Of a DNA stretch of 64,000 nucleotides, positions 56,040 through 64,000 are shown one piece after another. Location: NCBI GenBank assembly GCA_031364805.1, contig JANLWW010000060.1, positions 49,867 to 113,866 of the forward strand, written 5' to 3'. Below the pieces are notes generated by a model. That model was not told the origin of the DNA and made no database searches. It saw only the letters and a list, made by a program, of their open reading frames with translations. Both the position numbers and the translations under genes were made by a program. How positions within the stretch are numbered: the stretch's first letter is position 1; each line of letters starts with the position of its first letter. This stretch comes from Acidobacteriota bacterium (GTDB lineage Bacteria > Acidobacteriota > Vicinamibacteria > Vicinamibacterales > UBA2999).

Positions 56040-56667
56040 ACGCGCGCTCGTCGCCCGGCTCAACACCCCGGCGAAGGTGCAGCGGTGGTTGAACGCGCTG
56101 CCCTACAACACCGAGCATGGGGGCGAAACCCAGCACAGCTTCCGCCCGGTGGTGCAGTTGCGCACGGCCCATTGCATGGAGGCGGCGCTGTTTGCCGCGG
56201 TGGTGCTCGAGCAGCACGGCTATCCGCCGCTCGTGATGAGCCTGGAATCGCAAGACTGGCTCGACCATGTGATCTTCGTCTACCAAGTGCGAGGCCGCTG
56301 GGGATCGGTGGCCCGATCGCGAGATCCCGGGTTGCACGGCCGTAAGCCGGTCTTCAGCTCACCGCGGGTGCTGGCGCGCAGCTACATGGATCCGTATGTG
56401 GATTACACGGGGCGCATGAAGGGGTTTGGCGTCGCCAACCTCGCGGGGACAATGGGGACGTACGACTGGCGGTTCACCGGGAAGAGTGTGTGGAAGGTCG
56501 AGCAGATGCTGATCGATCTCCCGCACCAGAAACTGAAGAGCTCGACGCGGCGCTATCGCCAGCTGCTCAAGAAGTACCGCGCCTATCGCAAGGCCAACAA
56601 CGATCGGAAGCCGCTCTACTACCGCGGCCGCGAGAAGTGGGAGCCAATTCCTCCGGAGTTCCGGTAG
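56008..56667 (+). CDS. hypothetical protein with possible Cys/His papain- or transglutaminase-like core
   Basis: TAHCMEAALFAA and LDHVIFVY spacing suggests a Cys-His dyad; basic C-terminus; the call is tentative. Confidence 0.5.
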   Translation: MNSQPQFSRAERALVARLNTPAKVQRWLNALPYNTEHGGETQHSFRPVVQLRTAHCMEAALFAAVVLEQHGYPPLVMSLESQDWLDHVIFVYQVRGRWGSVARSRDPGLHGRKPVFSSPRVLARSYMDPYVDYTGRMKGFGVANLAGTMGTYDWRFTGKSVWKVEQMLIDLPHQKLKSSTRRYRQLLKKYRAYRKANNDRKPLYYRGREKWEPIPPEFR

Positions 56668-56684
56668 CAGGCAGTGCCCCGAGG

Positions 56685-56702
56685 GCGGAACTTTAGTTCC
56701 GC
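56685..56702. terminator. bidirectional hairpin between convergent genes
   Basis: GCGGAAC-TTTA-GTTCCGC, 7-bp stem. Confidence 0.5.
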
Positions 56703-56709
56703 TTGGCGC

Positions 56710-57012
56710 CTAATCGAGATCGAACCCGCGCAGCGGCTTGGTCGCTGGCGCCTTCTTGGCTTCCTTCAGCGCCTCTTCGAAGCGCTTCGACAGTGCATCG
56801 CCCTTGTTCTTTTCCGCCTCGAACGACTGCGCGAACAGCGCGTCGCGCCTGGCCGCTTGCTCGGCGAGAATCCGGTGCGCGTCGTTCAATTCGGGGCGAT
56901 CGGGATTGGGCGGAGCCTCGTGATGAATGATACGGCCGAGGTTCAAGTCCACGGTCAAGACCGCCCCGCAGCACGGGCACGGCAACTCGCGTTCGCTCTC
57001 TAACTTGGCCAT
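56710..57012 (-). CDS. small zinc-ribbon/helical hypothetical protein
   Basis: MAKLESERELPCPCCGAVLTVD; helical Lys/Glu-rich remainder. Confidence 0.55.
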   Translation of the reverse strand: MAKLESERELPCPCCGAVLTVDLNLGRIIHHEAPPNPDRPELNDAHRILAEQAARRDALFAQSFEAEKNKGDALSKRFEEALKEAKKAPATKPLRGFDLD

Positions 57013-57034
57013 GGCTACAGCTTAGCGTGGAGTT

Positions 57035-57085
57035 GGGGGCTTGGGGGCTTGGGGGCTTGGGGGCTTGGGGACTTGGGGACTTGGG
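57035..57085 (+). repeat. tandem GGGGGCTT x4 plus GGGGACTT x2 array (7 G-runs), G-quadruplex motif
   Basis: G-runs at 57035-39, 43-47, 51-55, 59-63, 67-70, 75-78 and 83-85. Confidence 0.9.
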
Positions 57086-57101
57086 TTGGCGACAGGGTAG
57101 G

Positions 57102-57851
57102 ATGAAGCTGATGCCAGTTGATGAGCCCAAGCGGACGCGGACGGTACGCGTTGCCACCTACAACATTCATCGCGGCCGCGGGCTTGATGGGCGCACCCGC
57201 CTCGAGCGAATCGCCGGGGTCCTGGCCGGAATCGACGCCGACATCATCGCCCTGCAGGAAGTTGTCGGCGCCAGCCCCCTGAAGGCGGGCCAGGCCGCGG
57301 AGCTGGGCGCCGCGCTCGGCATGGGCTGGGTGATGGCACCGACCCGCCATTTACGAACGGCGTTGTTTGGCAATGTCGTCCTGACACGGTTTCCCGTGCG
57401 GCACCACGTGCAATACGACCTCACCTGGAAGACCTGCGAGCATCGCGGCGTCCAGCGGGTCGATGTCGGCCTTGAAGACGACACGCTGCATTTCTACAAT
57501 GTGCACCTTGGGACGTCTCTGTTGGAGCGCCGAAACCAGGCGGCGCGGCTGGCCACGCTGGTGCACGATCGCCGGGTCACCGGCCCGAAGATCATCCTCG
57601 GCGATTTCAACGAGTGGGCGCGCGGCATTGCGAAAGACGTGCTCGCCGAGCGACTCCAGAGCATCGATCTCAGCAAGCACCTGAGCCGGCGACGGACCTA
57701 TCCCGGCATCTTCCCAGTCCTTCACCTCGACCACATCTACTACGAGGGCCAGGTCGAGGTGCTCAAGGTCACGCTGCCGCGCGACCGCATGGCGCTGATG
57801 GCGTCCGACCATCTGCCGCTCGTCGCTGACCTGAGAATCGGCTTCGACTAG
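57102..57851 (+). CDS. endonuclease/exonuclease/phosphatase (EEP) family protein
   Basis: VRVATYNIHRG, ALQEV, SDHLPL motifs. ATG at 57102 is chosen because the ORF-track start at 57027 would translate the G-repeat. Confidence 0.8.
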   Translation: MKLMPVDEPKRTRTVRVATYNIHRGRGLDGRTRLERIAGVLAGIDADIIALQEVVGASPLKAGQAAELGAALGMGWVMAPTRHLRTALFGNVVLTRFPVRHHVQYDLTWKTCEHRGVQRVDVGLEDDTLHFYNVHLGTSLLERRNQAARLATLVHDRRVTGPKIILGDFNEWARGIAKDVLAERLQSIDLSKHLSRRRTYPGIFPVLHLDHIYYEGQVEVLKVTLPRDRMALMASDHLPLVADLRIGFD

Positions 57852-57853
57852 GC

Positions 57854-57883
57854 CGCAGATTCACGCAGATTGACGCCGATCCT
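57854..57883 (+). repeat. tandem decamer CGCAGATTCA / CGCAGATTGA / CGCCGATCCT
   Basis: Directly after the EEP stop codon, between convergent genes. Confidence 0.8.
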
Positions 57884-57894
57884 CGACACGGCGC

Positions 57895-59154
57895 CTAGCT
57901 GAGCTCGTCGCCGGCGCGCGCCAGCACGAAATGCACCAGGCCGAGGTTGCGCGTGCGGAACGCGGCTTCGCAGGTGGCCAGGTAATATTCCCACATCCGG
58001 ATGAAGCGATCGTCGAAGCCCAAATCGCGGACTTGATCGAGCTGCGCGAAGAATTGACGCCGCCAGGCCAGCAGCGTGCGGGCGTAGTCGAGCGCGCGGT
58101 CCTCAAGCGCAACCAGTCCCAGCCTGGTATCCGCCGCACAGACACTGGCAATCTCACGAATCGACGGCAGCAGCCCGCCGGGGAAAATGTACTTCTGGAT
58201 CCAGTCGCAGTGCTGGCGATACGCATCAAAGCGATGGTCCACCATGGTGATTGACTGGATGCCGGCCACGCCACCGGGTGCGAGCACTTCGTCAATCTTG
58301 GTGAAGAAGGCGGGCCAATAGCGCTCGCCGACCGCCTCAATCATCTCGATCGACACCACGCGGCTGTACTGTCCGCGCACGTCGCGGTAGTCGCAGAACT
58401 CGATCGCGACCCGGTCGGCGAGACCGGCCGCGGCGACGCGCTGACGTGACAAGGCGAGCTGCTGTTCTGACACCGTGATGCCGGTCACGCGGCAACCACG
58501 GGTCTGCGCGGCATGAATGGCGAACCCGCCCCAGCCGGATCCGATCTCCAGCACGTGATCGGTGGGTCCGATGCGGAGGGCCGCGCACCAGCGCTCGAAC
58601 TTCTGGCGCTGTGCGTCTTCCAGCGCTTCTTCGCCCGAGTGAAAGACCGCGCTCGAATACGCCATGGTCTGGTCGAGGAATGTCGCGAACAGCTCGTTGC
58701 TCAGGTCGTAGTGCGCACGGATATTGCGACGGCTGCCGCGCCGGCTGTTGCGACGGCGGACGTGCAGCCAGTCGTTGGGCAGGTTGAGCGCGCGCGACAG
58801 CCAGGAATCAAGCGGCAAGTAGTTTTGGTTCCGCAGCACGACCTCGACAAAGCGGCACAAATCGTCGGTCCGCCAGTCACCATCCATGTACGATTCGCCG
58901 GCGCCGAGGTCGCCGCCCAGTGCAAATTTGCGGAAGAACGCATCGCGCGCAATCCACATCGTCGCGTGCAACTCTGCGTCAGGATCGCCGGCCTCGATGA
59001 CCGCGGCGTCGGGCAGGTGCACCGTGAGCCGGCCCACCCGCAGCGCGGCCAGCGATTCCAGCAGCCGCCGGCGCGCGATCGGCGCGATCAAGCGGTCGGC
59101 GACATTGGTGGCCGCCGGCTCGGCGCGGTTGGCGGTCAATTCGATGCTATTCAC
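57895..59154 (-). CDS. cfa: cyclopropane-fatty-acyl-phospholipid synthase family methyltransferase
   Basis: HYDLSNELF, VLEIGSGWGGFA SAM motif; GTG at 59154 overlaps the DUF1365 stop (GTGA). Confidence 0.85.
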   Translation of the reverse strand: MNSIELTANRAEPAATNVADRLIAPIARRRLLESLAALRVGRLTVHLPDAAVIEAGDPDAELHATMWIARDAFFRKFALGGDLGAGESYMDGDWRTDDLCRFVEVVLRNQNYLPLDSWLSRALNLPNDWLHVRRRNSRRGSRRNIRAHYDLSNELFATFLDQTMAYSSAVFHSGEEALEDAQRQKFERWCAALRIGPTDHVLEIGSGWGGFAIHAAQTRGCRVTGITVSEQQLALSRQRVAAAGLADRVAIEFCDYRDVRGQYSRVVSIEMIEAVGERYWPAFFTKIDEVLAPGGVAGIQSITMVDHRFDAYRQHCDWIQKYIFPGGLLPSIREIASVCAADTRLGLVALEDRALDYARTLLAWRRQFFAQLDQVRDLGFDDRFIRMWEYYLATCEAAFRTRNLGLVHFVLARAGDELS

Positions 59155-59918
59155 TCTGAACTCCCAGTGCGGGCCGCCTCGGGGTCGAGGGGCGGTTTCG
59201 GGTAATAGGTGGCGCCCTTCCACCACAGGCGGAGGGCTTGCCAGTGGATCCGCGCGATCACGCCGAAGGTGACGAGCGGATAACGCACCAGCGCCCAGGC
59301 AAGACTGCGATCGGTCAACGGCCGCCGGGCGAGCGACAGCCGTGACACGAAGACCGGAATGCCCAGGCGATACAGGTCGATGCGGACATCGACGTGATCG
59401 GGCGAGACATCGAACGCGAAACGATACGTGCCGTCAAGCGTCATGAACGGCGAGACGTGAAACACCTTCTTGGCGGCCATCGGTTCGCCGTCGGGCGTGA
59501 GCACGTACGTGTGCGACTCGCCAAACGTGTTGTTGACCTCGACCACCACCGCCGCGAGCACCTCGTGCTCGTCGTAGCAGAAGAAGAACGACACCGGGTT
59601 GAAGACGTAGCCAAACACCCGACAGTGCGTCACCAGCTCAATGGCGCCCACCGGGGCCGTCACACCGTGCTCACGCAACCGTGCCGCCACGCGCTGGCGC
59701 AGCGTTCCTGGTCTACCGGGCAGGTGATCGGCCTCAAAGAACGCCGACGGCCGCCAACGATTGATCCCCAGCATTCGCAGGCGAACCGACAGCTCCGACA
59801 GCTCGTCGAGCGCCAGGCGATGCATATAGAGGCGATAACCGAAGCCATGCCGTTGCGGTGACAGGCGCTCGTGCATCACGCGGCCTACCAGCAGGGACGA
59901 CCGCAGTTTAGAGATCAA
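59151..59918 (-). CDS. DUF1365 domain protein
   Basis: GRVMHERLSPQRHGFGYRLYM start typical of DUF1365; classic position between the FAD oxidoreductase and cfa. Confidence 0.85.
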   Translation of the reverse strand: MISKLRSSLLVGRVMHERLSPQRHGFGYRLYMHRLALDELSELSVRLRMLGINRWRPSAFFEADHLPGRPGTLRQRVAARLREHGVTAPVGAIELVTHCRVFGYVFNPVSFFFCYDEHEVLAAVVVEVNNTFGESHTYVLTPDGEPMAAKKVFHVSPFMTLDGTYRFAFDVSPDHVDVRIDLYRLGIPVFVSRLSLARRPLTDRSLAWALVRYPLVTFGVIARIHWQALRLWWKGATYYPKPPLDPEAARTGSSE

Positions 59919-61158
59919 GGCCGAAAGTCCTCGTCACGGCCAGCGCCGACATCACGCCGTCTTCGTGGAAACCATTACGCAAGTGCGCGCCGCAATAAAA
60001 CGTGTGCCGCGCGCCGTTCAGCCGCGCAACCGCGGCCTGCCCCTCGAAGGCGGCGCCGTCGAGCACCGGATGCTCGTAGGTCATCCGCGCAAGGGCCACG
60101 CCGCTCACCGGGGTCAGGGGGTTGAGCGAGCACAACAACGGGCGTCCGGGCCGGTGCCCTTGCAGGCGATTCAAATCGTAGGTCACCGCCACAGCGGAGC
60201 CCTCGTCTCGGCAATCGGCGAGTTCGCAATTCCACGAGGCGCGGGCGGCCGCTACTGAAGGGAGCACGGTCTCGTCGCTGTGCAGCCAGGTGTCGTTGGT
60301 CGAATAGCGGAACTTCGACAACGCCGCGTGTTCGTCGCGGCTGGGGTCGCCCAACAGCGCCAGCGCTTGATTGGCGTGAGTCGCGATCACGACTCTATCG
60401 AATCGATACTCACTACCCGCCGCCGACGTGATGGTGACGCCGGTATCGTCGCGGACCACCGCGTGAACCGGTGTGGAGACGCGCACACCGGCACCAAGTC
60501 GTGAGGCCAGCGCAGCGACGTATCGCATGCTGCCGCCGACGACGGTCCGCCATACCGGTTGGCCCGCCGCGCGCAGCAAGCCATGGTTATCGAGAAAACG
60601 GAGGAACGACACCGCCGGAAACTTGCGGATGTCTGAACCGGGCGCCGACCAGATCGCGCCGCCCATCGGCAACACGAAATGCCGAACCAGACCGGGGCCA
60701 AAACCACCGCGATTCAGGAACTCGCCGAGCGTCAGCCGGCCGGCGCTGCCATCCTGCAGGGCCCGACGGCCCGCGCGAAAGAAGCGAAGCACGTCGGCCA
60801 GCATTCGCCAGTGCGACGGGCTGGCAAGTCGCGACGGCTGCGCAAACAGCCCACGCAGGCCCACGCTGGAAAACTCGACGCGGCATCGGCGGCAGCGCAC
60901 GCTGAACGACATGTCGCTCGCGCGGCTGGAAATGCCCAGCTGGTCTAACAGCCGTATGAACTGCGGATACGTGGCTGGATTGAACACCATGAACCCGGTG
61001 TCGACCGGCCAGGTTTGTCCAGCCAACTCAACCTCGTGTGTGTGGGCATGCCCGCCCAGCCGGCCATCTTTCTCGAAAATCGTGACGTCGTGAGCCTGCG
61101 CGAGCACGAACGCCGCAGACAATCCCGACACGCCCGCCCCGACCACCGCAATTCGCAC
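59908..61158 (-). CDS. NAD(P)/FAD-dependent oxidoreductase (amine-oxidase-like)
   Basis: MRIAVVGAGVSGLSAA dinucleotide motif; 11-nt overlap with the DUF1365 gene. Confidence 0.85.
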   Translation of the reverse strand: MRIAVVGAGVSGLSAAFVLAQAHDVTIFEKDGRLGGHAHTHEVELAGQTWPVDTGFMVFNPATYPQFIRLLDQLGISSRASDMSFSVRCRRCRVEFSSVGLRGLFAQPSRLASPSHWRMLADVLRFFRAGRRALQDGSAGRLTLGEFLNRGGFGPGLVRHFVLPMGGAIWSAPGSDIRKFPAVSFLRFLDNHGLLRAAGQPVWRTVVGGSMRYVAALASRLGAGVRVSTPVHAVVRDDTGVTITSAAGSEYRFDRVVIATHANQALALLGDPSRDEHAALSKFRYSTNDTWLHSDETVLPSVAAARASWNCELADCRDEGSAVAVTYDLNRLQGHRPGRPLLCSLNPLTPVSGVALARMTYEHPVLDGAAFEGQAAVARLNGARHTFYCGAHLRNGFHEDGVMSALAVTRTFGLDL

Positions 61159-61199
61159 ATGCCTTTAAACCCCTGAGCCAAGGCAGGTTATTCCAGCGG

Positions 61200-61227
61200 T
61201 TGACACCAGATATCCAAGTGATATCAA
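61200..61227 (+). promoter_or_regulatory. sigma70-type promoter for the SPFH gene
   Basis: TTGACA (61200-05), 16-nt spacer ending TGa, TATCAA (61222-27); AAGGAGGA SD at 61240-47. Confidence 0.45.
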
Positions 61228-61256
61228 ATTGAAATCGTCAAGGAGGACCCCAGTCC

Positions 61257-62126
61257 ATGATTCGTGAACGCTCTTACAACGGTCTACCCGGCTTGCCTGT
61301 GCTCTTCGTCCTGATCCTGGCCGACGCCGGATTGCTCTGGATGCTGGTGATGAACATCCGGACAGAATCGGCGCCTGAAATCGTCACCGCTGCCGTCGGC
61401 ATCGCTGTCGCCACTTTCCTGTCGGCCGGCCTGTTCATGGTCAACCCGAACGAAGGCAAGGTGCTGCAGCTGTTCGGGGCATACAAGGGCACGGCGAAGG
61501 AACAAGGCCTGCGATGGGCCAATCCCTTCTTCGCCAAGAAAAAGGTGTCGCTGCGCGTTCGCAACTTCGAGAGTTCCCACTTGAAGGTGAACGACATCGA
61601 CGGTAACCCGATCGAGATCGCGGCGGTCGTCGTGTGGAAGGTGTTCGAGACCGCTGAAGCCGTGTTCGAGGTGGACGACTACGAGCACTACGTCAAGGTG
61701 CAGAGCGAAGCGGCCTTGCGCAACCTCGCCACCAGCTATGCCTACGACGCGCACGACGATGCGCAGGTGTCGCTACGAGGGCATACCAACGCGGTGGCCG
61801 ATCACCTGAAGCGCGAGATTGGCGACCGGCTCGTGAAGGCCGGCGTCGAGGTAATCGAAGCCCGCATCAGCCACTTGGCCTACGCGCCGGAAATTGCCGC
61901 CGCGATGTTGCAGCGTCAACAGGCCGGCGCCATCATCGCCGCCCGCCAGAAAATCGTCGAGGGCGCGGTGGGCATGGTGGAAATGGCACTCGACATGCTG
62001 TCGCAGAAGTCGATCATCACGCTCGATGAAGACCGCAAGGCGGCCATGGTCAGTAACCTGCTGGTGGTGCTCTGCGGCGACCGCAACACGCAGCCGGTGA
62101 TTAACACGGGCACGATTTATCAGTAG
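61257..62126 (+). CDS. SPFH/band 7 domain protein
   Basis: N-terminal TM helices; the SPFH pattern [17 protein letters not shown]...LRVRNFE...[17 protein letters not shown]. Confidence 0.85.
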   Translation: MIRERSYNGLPGLPVLFVLILADAGLLWMLVMNIRTESAPEIVTAAVGIAVATFLSAGLFMVNPNEGKVLQLFGAYKGTAKEQGLRWANPFFAKKKVSLRVRNFESSHLKVNDIDGNPIEIAAVVVWKVFETAEAVFEVDDYEHYVKVQSEAALRNLATSYAYDAHDDAQVSLRGHTNAVADHLKREIGDRLVKAGVEVIEARISHLAYAPEIAAAMLQRQQAGAIIAARQKIVEGAVGMVEMALDMLSQKSIITLDEDRKAAMVSNLLVVLCGDRNTQPVINTGTIYQ

Positions 62127-62131
62127 GTCCC

Positions 62132-62311
62132 GTGGCTGAACGAAAGCCGTTCCTTCTTCGTGTCGACCCTGCCCTGTTGGAGGCCCTCCAGCGCTGGGCA
62201 AACGACGATCTGCGCAGCCTGAACGGGCAGATCGAGTTCGTGCTGCGCAAGGCGGTCCAGCAGGCCGGACGCACGAAGGAGGGCGGCCCGGCCGACCCTT
62301 CGAACTCCTGA
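62132..62311 (+). CDS. Arc/ribbon-helix-helix-like small DNA-binding protein (not in the ORF track, 59 aa)
   Basis: GTG at 62132; VAERKPFLLRVDPALLEALQRWANDDLRSLNGQIEFVLRKAVQQAG fits the RHH beta-strand, helix, helix pattern; stop TGA at 62309-11. Confidence 0.65.
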   Translation: MAERKPFLLRVDPALLEALQRWANDDLRSLNGQIEFVLRKAVQQAGRTKEGGPADPSNS

Positions 62312-62398
62312 TTGTGCCGATCGGCCGCCCAATCCGGCCGTACGCCCGGCCGTGTCGAACTCTCGCTCTCCCAAACGACGTCAATATGTAGGACTGCT

Positions 62399-62427
62399 GA
62401 AGAACACGTTGTTCTTCGCCTTTTGTT
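62399..62427 (+). terminator. rho-independent-type terminator after the SPFH-Arc pair
   Basis: GAAGAACA-CGT-TGTTCTTC, perfect 8-bp stem, followed by GCCTTTTGTT. Confidence 0.5.
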
Positions 62428-62463
62428 CGCATAGCATTATTGGTTTCCGAAGGAAGCCCAACC

Positions 62464-63681
62464 GTGACTGATTCGATAGACGACTTGTCGGCCCTTCGCA
62501 TCGAGCGCGAACCGCTGCGTACCGGGGGCGCCCGTTGGGTGAAATGGGTGGTGCTCCTCGTCATTCTGGGCGGTGCCGGTGGCGGCGCCTGGTACTGGCT
62601 GAACCGCGAACGGCCGGTTGAGGTCGAGGTAGTAGCGGTCACGGAACGCGCGGCGGGGACGCAGGCGTCGGTCTTGAACGCCTCGGGCTACGTGACGGCG
62701 CGCCGGCGGGCGACCGTTTCATCGAAGGTCACCGGCAAGGTCATTGAGGTGAACGTCGAAGAAGGCATGGCGGTGCGCGAAGGCCAGGTGCTGGCCCGCC
62801 TGGACGACTCATCTCTCCGCGCGTCGATGGCGCTCGCACGCGCGCAGCTGGAAGCGGTGCGGCTGGCCGTGCCTGAAATCGAAGTCAGGCTTGCCGAAGC
62901 ACGCACCAACATGCGGCGTCAGGAGCAGCTGATGAAAGACGGCCTGACGACGCCGTCGGCGATCGACCAGGCCCAAGCCGAGGTCAATTCACTGATCGCG
63001 CGAATCAGTTCGACGCGCGAGCAGATCAACGTGGCGCAGAGCCAGGTGGCGCTGCAGCAAACCGCGATCGACGACATGGTGATCCGTGCGCCGTTCAGCG
63101 GCGTCGCGCTCTCCAAGGACGCGCAGCCAGGCGAGATGGTGTCGCCGGTGTCGGCGGGCGGCGGTTTCACCCGCACCGGCATCAGCACCATCGTTGACAT
63201 GCGATCGCTCGAAATCGAAGTGGACGTGAACGAAAGCTACATCAATCGTGTCAGCGCCGCGCAGCCGGTGACGGCCGTGCTCGATGCCTATCCTGATTTT
63301 CAAATTCCCGCCAAGGTCATCGCGGTGGTGCCCACGGCGGATCGGCAGAAGGCCACCGTGCTGGTCCGCATTGGCTTCAACGCACTCGACCCGCGCATCC
63401 TGCCCGACATGGGAGTCAAGGTGACCTTCTTGCGCGAGGCGGATGCCGCGACGCCGGTGGCGCAGGCCATGACGCTGGTGCCGAAGGGCGCGGTGAAAAC
63501 CGACAACGGGACGAGCTACGTGTTCCTCGTGAATCAGGCCACTGTCGAACGGCGCGCCGTCAAGACCGGCGGCGCTGACGGCGACCGTATCGAAGTCACC
63601 GCCGGATTAAAGGGGGGCGATCGTGTCGTGGTGTCTCCCCCGCCTGAACTCGCCGAGGGCGTTCAGATCATCATCAAGTAG
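62464..63681 (+). CDS. efflux transporter periplasmic adaptor subunit (HlyD/MacA-like)
   Basis: TM anchor, biotinyl-lipoyl-like GYVTARRRATVSSKVTGKV, coiled-coil hairpin, beta-barrel. GTG at 62464 preceded by GAAGGAAG is preferred to TTG at 62440. Confidence 0.8.
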   Translation: MTDSIDDLSALRIEREPLRTGGARWVKWVVLLVILGGAGGGAWYWLNRERPVEVEVVAVTERAAGTQASVLNASGYVTARRRATVSSKVTGKVIEVNVEEGMAVREGQVLARLDDSSLRASMALARAQLEAVRLAVPEIEVRLAEARTNMRRQEQLMKDGLTTPSAIDQAQAEVNSLIARISSTREQINVAQSQVALQQTAIDDMVIRAPFSGVALSKDAQPGEMVSPVSAGGGFTRTGISTIVDMRSLEIEVDVNESYINRVSAAQPVTAVLDAYPDFQIPAKVIAVVPTADRQKATVLVRIGFNALDPRILPDMGVKVTFLREADAATPVAQAMTLVPKGAVKTDNGTSYVFLVNQATVERRAVKTGGADGDRIEVTAGLKGGDRVVVSPPPELAEGVQIIIK

Positions 63682-63690
63682 TGCCAGGAG

Positions 63691-63710
63691 GCCGGCACTT
63701 TAGTGCCGGC
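63691..63710 (+). other. intercistronic GC hairpin between adaptor and ABC ATPase genes
   Basis: GCCGGCAC-TTTA-GTGCCGGC, perfect 8-bp stem; followed by the AGGAG SD and ATG at 63726. Confidence 0.6.
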
Positions 63711-63725
63711 GATTAGGAGTCAGGC

Positions 63726-64000
63726 ATGGAAGCACTGGTCAAGGTCAACGGCGTACACAAGTACTTCACCCGCGGCAGCGAACGGATCGACGTTCTCAAG
63801 GGCGTGAACCTCGAGATTCCAAAAGGCGACTTCCTCGCGTTGATGGGGCCGTCGGGGTCGGGCAAGACGTCGCTGCTCAACCTGATGGGTGGGCTCGACC
63901 AACCGTCGGCGGGTACCATCGACATTGGCGGCACCAACATCGCCAGCCTGTCGGGCAGTCAGTTGTCGCGGTGGCGTTCGCACCACATCGGCTTCGTGTT
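63726..64000 (+). CDS. ABC transporter ATP-binding protein (MacB/LolD-like), 5' partial at the window edge
   Basis: LKGVNLEIPKGDFLALMGPSGSGKTSLLNLMGGLD Walker A region; open to the end of the window, so absent from the ORF track. Confidence 0.85.
   Translation, partial: MEALVKVNGVHKYFTRGSERIDVLKGVNLEIPKGDFLALMGPSGSGKTSLLNLMGGLDQPSAGTIDIGGTNIASLSGSQLSRWRSHHIGFV

Overview
This is a high-GC (about two thirds G+C by eye), gene-dense chromosomal segment with roughly 65 protein genes, one tRNA-Leu(CAA), and no rRNA, CRISPR array, transposase or integrase. Gene content and intergenic repeat style look like a soil Acidobacteriota-type genome, but that is inference only. Housekeeping genes include plsC, carD, guaB, ispG, ndh, a cfa operon and yggX. 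There is also a large secreted peptidase/amidohydrolase set: three M20 paralogs, a prolyl oligopeptidase, a D-aminoacylase, an amidase and a penicillin-acylase-family protein. An envelope-stress block carries TPM, LemA, an ECF sigma, an anti-sigma factor and DUF4097. A Ser/Thr kinase and a MacAB-like efflux start complete the picture.

The most interesting point is that the B12-binding radical SAM gene at 29240-30574 does not appear to end at its TGA. Reading through gives C-U-A-E-P plus 8 more codons. A perfect 7-bp hairpin starts 12 nt after the UGA, where a bacterial SECIS element would sit. The gene is therefore probably an unannotated selenoprotein, and it lies between a POT peptide transporter and an ATP-grasp ligase in a co-directional trio of unknown function.

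Second, the intergenic spacers hold several families of short tandem repeats:
- GGGGGCTT octamer arrays that are canonical G-quadruplex motifs lying on the sense strand directly upstream of start codons.
- A ~60-nt composite element present twice, bracketing a DUF72 gene.
- GCGAANN heptamers.
- CAGATT-type units.

Other notable items are a decayed vapBC pair next to the tRNA, a membrane-anchored methyltransferase coupled to an 798-aa HerA/FtsK-like ATPase, an RRM protein with an RGG-type tail, two proteins with histone-H1-like Lys-rich tails, and an unlisted 59-codon Arc/RHH ORF.

All product calls rest on motif recognition by eye. No database search was run.
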